Positions 19,943 to 27,933 of a stretch of DNA of 64,000 nucleotides are shown here, in pieces. Location: positions 1,001-65,000 of the forward strand of contig JBMTCO010000005.1 in NCBI GenBank assembly GCA_049430945.1, written 5' to 3'. Position numbers and translations under genes: made by a program. The notes below the pieces were generated by a model that was not told where the DNA came from, made no database searches, and saw only the letters and a list, made by a program, of their open reading frames with translations. Source of the DNA: Cyclobacteriaceae bacterium (GTDB lineage Bacteria > Bacteroidota > Bacteroidia > Cytophagales > Cyclobacteriaceae). Positions within the stretch are counted from its first letter, which is position 1. Each line of letters opens with the position of its first letter.

Positions 19943-22414
19943 TCAGTCTGGGTTTTCCCAATCAAAAAAGTCATCCTCCTTAAGGGTGGCTTTTTTCTTT
20001 TGAGTTTCTTTGGCTTTAAAGGACTCTTTAAATGATTTAACCTGATCCTTGAATTCTCCGGCAATTTTTTTTCTGACGGCTGCGCCATCATAGGAAATTT
20101 CATAATCATCCGATGTCCCGGTAATCTTCAGAAAAAGCTTTGCCTTGCCACCCTTCTCTTCAACGTAGGCATCTCCCGCTTCCTGTTGATTGACCTTTTT
20201 TCTTGCTGAAAGGGGAATAACCACCCGATAATCGATATTCTGATCAAACGAATGCTTTCCGCTTAACAGGATGGCAGTGAGGTTGGATTTAATCTCCATG
20301 CCGGGAATAATAACAATCCTGTCCTTAATCAGGATGTCATTTTTCAAATCAGCAAATCTGAGCTTTCGAAGCCCCTTATCATCAAGATATTTTGATAAAC
20401 CCTGAAGTGGTTCAAAGTCATTCAGCTCACCATTTTTAATCAGAATTCCGGCATTTGCTTCCAGCTTTTCAGGAATCAGTTTTAGTCCACGATCAAGATC
20501 TGCCGTCAGTCGTATATCAGAAGTCATTTTTCCTTTCAGATGCTTTTGCGTGATAAATTCCTGACCAAAATCCTCAAACACATAAAATGTGCTATCCAGT
20601 CTGACGTCTTTTGTTTTAAATCCGGCGACAACTGAGACAATATTTTTTTTCCGGGCATCCACCAATCCATCAAGTTCAACAGATCCGCCCATTGAATTAA
20701 ACCGGTTCTTTTTTAGTTGAGCAATTTTGCCTTTTACAGACAGATCACCACTTAATGACATTGCCCGAAATCTGCGGTACTTAAGAATTCCTGCATCGTA
20801 ATGAAACCGAAGATACAATAAGGGGGAGATGTCAAATTTATATTCCGCAGAATGCATCTGACCAAAGCCAAAGTCAAGCAGCTGATCAAGGTCAATAAAG
20901 TCTGCTTTAAGTTTTGTATCAATTCCAACAGACTGATCCTCCAGCAGCAGATATGAAACAAGGCCTCTGATGCGTCCGCTCAGGTTCAAATCGCTACTTC
21001 CTATTTTACCTGTAATATTGTCAAGAATAAGATCCTGCCCGTTAAATGTCATCGTTCCGTTCCACATTCTGAAAGGAATGCTCCTTTTCCCCCAGTCGGC
21101 AGACAAATTTTTCATTGCAATGGTTCCTCCGGTACGAACCTGCTGAACTGTTTCAACAACCTTAAGATCATTAATCCTTCCTGTCATCGTGAGATTCGCT
21201 TCAACCATTCCGGAAAAGTTACTGATCAGGCTGTCAGGAATAATATGTGACAATACAGTACTATCCAGGTTGCCTCGGAATGCAATGTCCACCCAAGGAT
21301 CATCAAAATCACGCATGATAAATTTCCCGGTAAATGGCTGATTATTCAGTAAGCCAGAGGCCTCATCCAGCTTAAGTTCGGCACGCGTATCAGCTTTTCT
21401 TCCAAAAGCAGAAAAAGTCCCTTTCACCGAGGCCTTTTCCATAGTGAATCCGGTTTCAGGATGTGTCATCGTACCGTCCTGCAGACTGAAATTACCTGTA
21501 AAGGCGAGGCCTTGATTGTCTCCAAATGATCCTGAGAGTCTGAGACCGAAACGAAGCTGTGCTTCGCTCTGATATTTATTTAAGTCTCCGGTATATTTTT
21601 CAGGCAAAAAAGACAAGATGGTAGTGATGTCTGTGTTACGGCCGGAGAGCTTAACATCCAGAAAATCTTTCTCTGAAAATTGCCAGAATCCATTAAGATC
21701 AAAAGCAGATGTTCCTGCAGTAATTTCAGATGGCAAAAAAGTCAGTTTTCCTGAAGCAGCGTCATAATCCAAAGCAATCAGAGTACGGAATTTTTTTTCG
21801 GGCAGAAAAATAAGATCATCAAATGCCAATTGCTGAACAGTCAGGTCGCCATTTGCAACAATGTGGTAAATCTCTTCAGCCAGCCCAACAGAAGCAGAGA
21901 ACCTTTCTGTCTGAAATTCATGGTGAGCAGGCAGCTGCTCATCACTGTAACTCACGGTGGCGCCGGAGATAACTGCTTTTTTAATATTAAATTTCAGTGC
22001 GGAATTCTGACCCTCAAAACTTCTGGATTTAAAAATCCGGAAGTTTGAAATGCCCTTATGGTTGTACCGCAGACTGGTATTGCTGTTAATGATTTCAAGA
22101 GCCAGAATCTCATAATTACCATTCCACAAATCAATCAGATTAAAGGATAAGGCGATTCGTTTTGCAGTAAAAAGCGGATACTTTTCAGGATGACTGTCTT
22201 CAACCGAAACATTGCGCAGGGAGATTGTAAGCTTAGGAAAATCCCTGAGAAGAGATATTTCCACTTCACCAGCCTCCACGGGTGTGGCAAGGTAAGTATT
22301 GGCACGTTCAATAAATCGGCTGATGATGCGGTCGCTGAAAAACCAAAGAGACACTGCAATACCTGCGGATAAAATAACTGCTGCGGTAGAGAAGTAGATG
22401 AAAAATCTTTTCAG
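19943..22414 (-). CDS. AsmA family outer-membrane/lipid-bridge protein
   Basis: About 820 aa beta-rich protein with FPKLTISL near the N-terminus and an AsmA-like C-terminus (LSGKHSFDQNIDY). In-frame TM anchor upstream of the ORF-track GTG (22354) implies a CTG start at 22414. Confidence 0.8.
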   Translation of the reverse strand: MKRFFIYFSTAAVILSAGIAVSLWFFSDRIISRFIERANTYLATPVEAGEVEISLLRDFPKLTISLRNVSVEDSHPEKYPLFTAKRIALSFNLIDLWNGNYEILALEIINSNTSLRYNHKGISNFRIFKSRSFEGQNSALKFNIKKAVISGATVSYSDEQLPAHHEFQTERFSASVGLAEEIYHIVANGDLTVQQLAFDDLIFLPEKKFRTLIALDYDAASGKLTFLPSEITAGTSAFDLNGFWQFSEKDFLDVKLSGRNTDITTILSFLPEKYTGDLNKYQSEAQLRFGLRLSGSFGDNQGLAFTGNFSLQDGTMTHPETGFTMEKASVKGTFSAFGRKADTRAELKLDEASGLLNNQPFTGKFIMRDFDDPWVDIAFRGNLDSTVLSHIIPDSLISNFSGMVEANLTMTGRINDLKVVETVQQVRTGGTIAMKNLSADWGKRSIPFRMWNGTMTFNGQDLILDNITGKIGSSDLNLSGRIRGLVSYLLLEDQSVGIDTKLKADFIDLDQLLDFGFGQMHSAEYKFDISPLLYLRFHYDAGILKYRRFRAMSLSGDLSVKGKIAQLKKNRFNSMGGSVELDGLVDARKKNIVSVVAGFKTKDVRLDSTFYVFEDFGQEFITQKHLKGKMTSDIRLTADLDRGLKLIPEKLEANAGILIKNGELNDFEPLQGLSKYLDDKGLRKLRFADLKNDILIKDRIVIIPGMEIKSNLTAILLSGKHSFDQNIDYRVVIPLSARKKVNQQEAGDAYVEEKGGKAKLFLKITGTSDDYEISYDGAAVRKKIAGEFKDQVKSFKESFKAKETQKKKATLKEDDFFDWENPD

Positions 22415-22443
22415 ATCAGAGTTGGTTAATTTTTATCCGCTGA

Positions 22444-22451
22444 CAAAATTA
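22444..22451 (-). promoter_or_regulatory. -7 promoter box TAATTTTG (AsmA gene)
   Basis: CAAAATTA on the + strand, 29 nt upstream of the proposed CTG. Confidence 0.55.
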
Positions 22452-22591
22452 AGCGCATATAGTCCAGGAACATACTTTCAAAGCTTAAAATTCGGATTTC
22501 AGCAGATTATTTCACTGCTAAATGGTGTTTTTATTTACGATTTGAATACCTTCTGTATTCCAGGTCAGGAGTCTGATTGGCCTTAATGAAT

Positions 22592-22599
22592 TAGTTTTG
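22592..22599 (+). promoter_or_regulatory. -7 promoter box TAGTTTTG (sdaA)
   Basis: Perfect TAnnTTTG, 7 nt before the ATG. Confidence 0.55.
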
Positions 22600-22606
22600 C
22601 AATTGA

Positions 22607-24034
22607 ATGAAAAAGGAGTTTATCAGTGTATTTGATATGTTCAAGATTGGGGTGGGACCTTCAAGCTCCCACACACTCGGACCTTGGCGGGCTGCAGAGG
22701 CTTTTATCAACCTTATTGAAGAAAAAACAAATCCGGAAAATATAATTTCTGTCACAGTTCAGTTGTACGGTTCGCTGGCAAAAACAGGAAAAGGACACGG
22801 AACTGACCTTGCAATACTGATGGGACTCTGCGGAGAAAACCCCGTGACCTGTGATACTGCAAGTCTTGGAAAAAAAGCAGAACAAATTATTTCGGAAAAA
22901 AAACTAATTCTCCGAGGCAAACACCCGATTCCCTTCGACCCTGCAGGGCATATCGAATTCCGTAAAACGGAAAGCCTTCCTTTCCATCCTAATGGTTTGA
23001 GGTTTTACGCAAGCCTCTCAGACGGAACACGTATTGAAGCAGTTTATTTCAGTATTGGAGGAGGTTTTATAACCCGGGAAAACGAACCACCTGCAAAGGC
23101 TGCGCAGGTTTCGGTTCAGTATGATATACACACGGCAGATGATCTGCTGAATTACTGCAACCTTTCCAGACAGAATATTTCAGAGATTGTCATGGGAAAT
23201 GAGGTTTGTATCAGAAGTGAAGCGGAAGTGAGGAACGGCGTCTTGAACATCTGGAATGTAATGAAGCAATGTATCTTCAGAGGATGTCACACGAAAGGTA
23301 CCCTTCCTGGTGGACTTCATGTCGCCAGACGTGCAGCGAAAATGAGTGCTGATCTTTTAAAAGGAAAATCTTATACAGATGAAAGCTCCTGGCTGGAGGC
23401 CGTCCGCTCTACCGGTGATGATTTTACCGGAATCATGAACTGGATCAGCTGCTTCGCACTTGCTGTGAATGAGGAAAATGCATCCTTCGGAAGAGTTGTT
23501 ACCGCCCCGACAAACGGCGCAGCAGGTGTTGTTCCCGCAGTTCTTATGTATTATCACCTTTTTGCAGGCGGCAGCGGAGAAGAGGATATTATTCGGTATT
23601 TGCTGACAGCCTCTGAAATCGGAAGTTTATTTAAAAAGGGCTCAACCATTTCAGCCGCCATGGGTGGTTGTCAGGCCGAGATAGGTGTATCCTCGGCAAT
23701 GGCCGCTGCAGCGCTTACTGAATGTCTCGGAGGTGACCCTTTTCAGGCGATGCAAGCAGCTGAGATAGCGATGGAACATCACCTTGGAATGACCTGTGAT
23801 CCGATTGGCGGGCTGGTACAGATACCATGTATTGAAAGGAACACGATGGGCGCCATCAAAGCCATCACTGCATCACAGCTTGCGTTGAAGAGCAATACAG
23901 ATCTTATGAAAGTATCACTTGATGCTGTTATCAAGACCATGTGGGAAACTGCTCAGGATATGAACAGCAAATACAAGGAAACTTCTGACGGTGGACTTGC
24001 CAGACAAATCTCAATAAACCTGCCTGAGTGCTGA
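22607..24034 (+). CDS. sdaA: L-serine ammonia-lyase, Fe-S dependent, single chain
   Basis: [63 protein letters not shown]. Confidence 0.96.
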   Translation: MKKEFISVFDMFKIGVGPSSSHTLGPWRAAEAFINLIEEKTNPENIISVTVQLYGSLAKTGKGHGTDLAILMGLCGENPVTCDTASLGKKAEQIISEKKLILRGKHPIPFDPAGHIEFRKTESLPFHPNGLRFYASLSDGTRIEAVYFSIGGGFITRENEPPAKAAQVSVQYDIHTADDLLNYCNLSRQNISEIVMGNEVCIRSEAEVRNGVLNIWNVMKQCIFRGCHTKGTLPGGLHVARRAAKMSADLLKGKSYTDESSWLEAVRSTGDDFTGIMNWISCFALAVNEENASFGRVVTAPTNGAAGVVPAVLMYYHLFAGGSGEEDIIRYLLTASEIGSLFKKGSTISAAMGGCQAEIGVSSAMAAAALTECLGGDPFQAMQAAEIAMEHHLGMTCDPIGGLVQIPCIERNTMGAIKAITASQLALKSNTDLMKVSLDAVIKTMWETAQDMNSKYKETSDGGLARQISINLPEC

Positions 24035-24068
24035 GGATTTTCCGGTTTTTTTTATCTGCCGGATTAGA

Positions 24069-24947
24069 TTACTCTTTTGTGATTGGTACAGTAATTCTGA
24101 ATTCATGAGAAGCGCCAAATGAATTGGCAGCTCCCCATCCCGTTTCCCAGCAATAGCCAATTTCAATTTTACCGGCAGCTTTGAAGCCGGAATAGAGCGA
24201 CGCTCCGATACCCTGGTTATAAGCGGCACCGATAAAGAACCACTCATTGAATGTAAAATTTGAACCTACCTCCCAATTTCCGCGCAAATCTTTAACCGTA
24301 CGAAAAATAAATCTTGGTGTGACCTTAAGTTTAAGATTCCCGGACTCAAAAGAATAAAACAATGAGTACCACTGATTATAAAATGCCGAAGGCCTGGAAC
24401 GGTTCAATAACTGATTCAAATCTTCATCACCAGGAAGGAGGTCAGGCAGAGAAAAACCCACCTGCAGATTTCTGAATTCAAATGCTATCCCTGCTGCACC
24501 GGAAGGTTCGGTGCGTCCTTCGGCAGCACGGATAATGGCAGGATCATTTCCGTAGTCAACGCCATTCAAATTAAGTCTTTCTGAAACAAACCCACCGGAA
24601 AGTCCAAGCCGTAGTTTTACTTCCTTACTGAGCGGCACAACATAAGCGATTGCAAACCGGCTGTCCACATTTGTGAGATTCACTGATTCCTGCCCGATTA
24701 TGCTTACACCAAAGTTTACTCGTTTTTTTCCTGAGTGCTGAAATAAAAAACCTGTGGCAACAGGTCCATTGTTAAAGCTAATCCATTGCCGGCGGTGGAT
24801 CAGACTTACATCAAATGCATTGTTGATGCCTGTGAGCGAAGGGTTATAAATTCCCTGATTGGCGAAAAACTGCCTGAATACAGGACCGTCCTGGCAGAGT
24901 GCACCGAAGCCTGAAATCATGACAAGAATGATCAGCAGCGCTCTCAT
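24069..24947 (-). CDS. PorP/SprF family type IX secretion system membrane protein
   Basis: QFFAN...YNPSLTG, HRRQW, beta-barrel-like pattern, C-terminal SHEF; directly downstream of a type B CTD gene. Confidence 0.85.
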   Translation of the reverse strand: MRALLIILVMISGFGALCQDGPVFRQFFANQGIYNPSLTGINNAFDVSLIHRRQWISFNNGPVATGFLFQHSGKKRVNFGVSIIGQESVNLTNVDSRFAIAYVVPLSKEVKLRLGLSGGFVSERLNLNGVDYGNDPAIIRAAEGRTEPSGAAGIAFEFRNLQVGFSLPDLLPGDEDLNQLLNRSRPSAFYNQWYSLFYSFESGNLKLKVTPRFIFRTVKDLRGNWEVGSNFTFNEWFFIGAAYNQGIGASLYSGFKAAGKIEIGYCWETGWGAANSFGASHEFRITVPITKE

Positions 24948-26221
24948 CGTACAATCCGGACTGCTCCGGTTATTGACTTTCTGTTTTCACAACGGATTTC
25001 ATAGTAATAAGCCTCTTCTTCAAGCTGTCCGCCTCTTAATGATTTCCCGCTCCATGAATTGTCGTATCCGATTTTGTCCAGTACAATAGTTCCAAAACGG
25101 TCATAAATAATAAGGCGGCAATTTTCATATTCGAGCGTGTTCTCCCATTGCCAGAAATCATTTATTCCATCTCCGTTGGGACTGAATACTTCCGGGAAGG
25201 GCACAGGCTGAATGTCACCAGATGCAATTAAAAGACTTCGGCGTCTTGGACTGTTTTCAAGAACGAGTTTCATTCTTTCAACCTGATCGGTGGTGAAAAG
25301 ATTCATACAATCATCGTATGTATAGTCCATGTAGTTCTGGTACATGCGCCCTTGTGGGGTGCAGTCTGCCAGAACACCTGTGGGACAACTTTCAGTAGGC
25401 TCGGACTGTACAGGCGTGTCATCAATAAAGTCTGTGGAGGAGCAGCCCTCGCCGTCACCCCAGGTGTGGCGCAAACCAAAAAAGTGCCCCATTTCGTGAG
25501 TCAGAATGCGGCCTTCATTGTATCGGTTATCCAGATTAAATGGACCATCATTCACAGAGCCAAAACTGGCGTAACTTACAATGATGCCATCTGTCATTCT
25601 GCTGTAAGCTTCCCCGGAGGCTGAAAGCCCCTGCAATGTGGATATTGGAAATTGCGTAAAGCCAAAATAATCGGTTAGATTACAAACCCAGATATTAAGG
25701 TAATTTTCAGAAGGCCAGAAACTCAGTGATTTTGCATCGTCATTTTCGGACCGCGAATAACCTGAAAGATTCCCCTTTACCCTTACTATTCCTGAGGTAG
25801 ATTTTCCTGATGGATCAACAGAAGCCAGCACAAAACTGATGTTCATAGATCCTGCGGACTGGCTAAAAGAAGCAGGAGTTCTTACTGCATCATCGTTCAG
25901 TCTCTGAAAGTCATTGTTCAGTACTTTAATTTGAGACATCACCTGCGCATCTGAAATATTGGTTCCCGTTCCTACCGGCTCGCCTTTATGGATGATATGA
26001 ACCACAACAGGAATCGTATAGAAGTTTGCCTGAATGGAAGATTTTCTTGAAGATTTCAAACCGGTTAGCCAGGATTCAAACGTTTCTTCGGATTCGGTAA
26101 TAATCCCTTTTTTATAAAGGTCCCGGTTATGTTCCACTGTACCGCACCTGACTTGTCCCATAGCACCCGACCACTCAGTCAGTGCTATGAAAAAGATACA
26201 CGCGCGTGAAAAGGTAATCAT
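24944..26221 (-). CDS. M43 (pappalysin/ulilysin-like) Zn metalloprotease with T9SS type B C-terminal domain
   Basis: IPVVVHIIH, HEMGHFFGLRHTWG, QNYMDY, and FSPNGDGINDFW...YDRFG...W.G gliding-motility CTD. ATG 26221 chosen because the ORF-track TTG lies in a -7 box. Confidence 0.9.
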   Translation of the reverse strand: MITFSRACIFFIALTEWSGAMGQVRCGTVEHNRDLYKKGIITESEETFESWLTGLKSSRKSSIQANFYTIPVVVHIIHKGEPVGTGTNISDAQVMSQIKVLNNDFQRLNDDAVRTPASFSQSAGSMNISFVLASVDPSGKSTSGIVRVKGNLSGYSRSENDDAKSLSFWPSENYLNIWVCNLTDYFGFTQFPISTLQGLSASGEAYSRMTDGIIVSYASFGSVNDGPFNLDNRYNEGRILTHEMGHFFGLRHTWGDGEGCSSTDFIDDTPVQSEPTESCPTGVLADCTPQGRMYQNYMDYTYDDCMNLFTTDQVERMKLVLENSPRRRSLLIASGDIQPVPFPEVFSPNGDGINDFWQWENTLEYENCRLIIYDRFGTIVLDKIGYDNSWSGKSLRGGQLEEEAYYYEIRCENRKSITGAVRIVR

Positions 26222-26239
26222 TCCAATCCTATGGGACTT

Positions 26240-26247
26240 CAAAGATA
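26240..26247 (-). promoter_or_regulatory. -7 promoter box TATCTTTG (M43 protease-porP)
   Basis: CAAAGATA on the + strand; perfect consensus. Confidence 0.6.
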
Positions 26248-26288
26248 TCCAACAAAAGTTATCAGCTGAAAAGTCGTGTGTCAGAATA

Positions 26289-26828
26289 TCATTTTTTACA
26301 AATGAGTTTTTTGCTCACTGCCCAGTCAAAAAGTTTATCCTGCAGTGCATCAGCATCTTTACGAGCCACCACTTCATAATCATTATTGTAATAACCCTTC
26401 TGTTCAGTCTGGGTGGTGTATAACTTGTTTGACTGTCTGTTGCGAAGGTCAAGTGAATGTCGGATTTCATGAATCAGAGTATTGAGTAACTCCTTTAAAT
26501 TATTTTCATGGTTAGGATGACGCCAGTATAAAATCACAGTTCTGGTGATCGGATTAAAAGTCCCCATGACATTACCTAGATTTTTCCTTTTATAGCTTAT
26601 TAAAATGCAAGGTCGCCGGTAACTTCCGGTAATTTTATATTGAGACAGAATCCAGTCTGTGCAGTATTCAACAAATTTTTTATTTGAAATGGTAGGGTTG
26701 ATGACCCATATATCTGGTTCTGACTCAAAAATTTGAAACAGGAAATAAATAATTACGGCTACCAGGATGAGGTATGCCCATGCCTCAGTAGTGCCCCGTT
26801 CAAGCTCTTGTAGAAGTGTTTCAACCAT
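26289..26828 (-). CDS. Hypothetical membrane-anchored zincin-like metallopeptidase
   Basis: One TM helix (AWAYLILVAVIIYFLFQIF), HEIRH, and a downstream NDYEVVAR glutamate motif. Confidence 0.7.
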   Translation of the reverse strand: MVETLLQELERGTTEAWAYLILVAVIIYFLFQIFESEPDIWVINPTISNKKFVEYCTDWILSQYKITGSYRRPCILISYKRKNLGNVMGTFNPITRTVILYWRHPNHENNLKELLNTLIHEIRHSLDLRNRQSNKLYTTQTEQKGYYNNDYEVVARKDADALQDKLFDWAVSKKLICKK

Positions 26829-26832
26829 GAGC

Positions 26833-26867
26833 CAAATTTCAAGCCCATCGTTGTAGTCTATTCAAAA
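26833..26867 (-). promoter_or_regulatory. Degenerate operator (TTGTA-GTCTATT-CAAAA, 26851-26867) plus -7-like box GAAATTTG (26833-26840)
   Basis: Same 10-bp operator-to-box register as the three perfect sites; shares TAG(A/G)CTACAA with the 30036 site. Only 8/10 match, so support is positional. Confidence 0.45.
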
Positions 26868-26877
26868 TCTGAAAGTT

Positions 26878-27867
26878 TCAGACGTTATAGTATTTTTTCA
26901 TTTTTTCCACGTGAGCCTTTACGGAGGTAATTAATTCAGGCGGCTCCAGTACTTTTATCCTGCTGCCGAGGCCAAGAAGGGAAATGGTCAGTTCTTCAGA
27001 AAGGTAAACATCCAGCTGAATCACGGCACCTTTTTCATCCTCATCCATGATGCGCTGAGTTGCGTGCAGTGGTTGGATTTTGAGGAAATAAACAGAATCA
27101 GTGCTTACCCAGAAACGAACACAGCTGGGTTTACCTGATTGCAGCGTTGTAATTCCGATGCTATGTTTAAAATATCTGTTCAGATTAAAAGTAGGATCCC
27201 GGTAAAAGGAAACCCCTGCCACATCACGAACTGTCTTGATCCTGTCCAGTGCAAGATTTATGGTAAAATCCTTTTCTGCCGAATATCCGATCACATACCA
27301 TAGGCCTCTGTATTCCTTAAGTGCGTAAGGAGAGAAATAATGCTTGACTACTTTTTTCTGACGCATTGAGCGGTGTTCGATGATGATGCATTTTTCTTCC
27401 AGAATGGCTTCATGCAGCGGCTCCAGAAATTCAACGCCTTGCACCTGAAGATTTGATTCGCTGATAATGGCCGATCCCTCCTTTTTACGCTCAGTAACCT
27501 TTCTGAAAATTTTATTCAATACTGACTGTGCTTCCCTGATGAGCGCGATGTGGCTGTTACCATTCAACACGTTGATTGCAAAATCCAGGGCTTTGATTTC
27601 AGCTTTTTCGAGTTCATTGGTAAAAATTCTGTAATTCTCCTCCTCATAGTAATAACCCCTTTTTCGGGAACAGATGATGGGCGCCTTGAATTCTTGTTTC
27701 AAAAATCTGATGTCACCATCGAGCGTCTCAATTGCCACTGCGGTGCCACCGTGGGCCTCTAGTTTTAAATTAAGTTCATCAAGCAAATGCTGTCTTTCAA
27801 TGTTACCCTGTGCAATCAATTCATCAAGGATTCGGTATCGGAGATATGCATTTTTATTAATTGGCAT
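26878..27867 (-). CDS. HTH-WYL(-WCX) domain transcriptional regulator
   Basis: MPINKNAYLRYRILD N-terminus, wHTH (TLDGDIRFLK), SPYALKEYRGLWYVIG, ALDRI, and C-terminal LQPLH..Q...LGSRIKVLEP. Confidence 0.92.
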   Translation of the reverse strand: MPINKNAYLRYRILDELIAQGNIERQHLLDELNLKLEAHGGTAVAIETLDGDIRFLKQEFKAPIICSRKRGYYYEEENYRIFTNELEKAEIKALDFAINVLNGNSHIALIREAQSVLNKIFRKVTERKKEGSAIISESNLQVQGVEFLEPLHEAILEEKCIIIEHRSMRQKKVVKHYFSPYALKEYRGLWYVIGYSAEKDFTINLALDRIKTVRDVAGVSFYRDPTFNLNRYFKHSIGITTLQSGKPSCVRFWVSTDSVYFLKIQPLHATQRIMDEDEKGAVIQLDVYLSEELTISLLGLGSRIKVLEPPELITSVKAHVEKMKKYYNV

Positions 27868-27933
27868 AGGTGGTATTCAGATTGAAATTGGGTTATGTAA
27901 ATTTAACTTTACTTCTCAGATTGACGACGATGT

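Noticed and set aside
24069-26247. M43 protease-porP as part of the WYL operon
   Set aside because: It has its own perfect -7 box (26240-26247) and no operator; such T9SS cargo-PorP pairs are common on their own.
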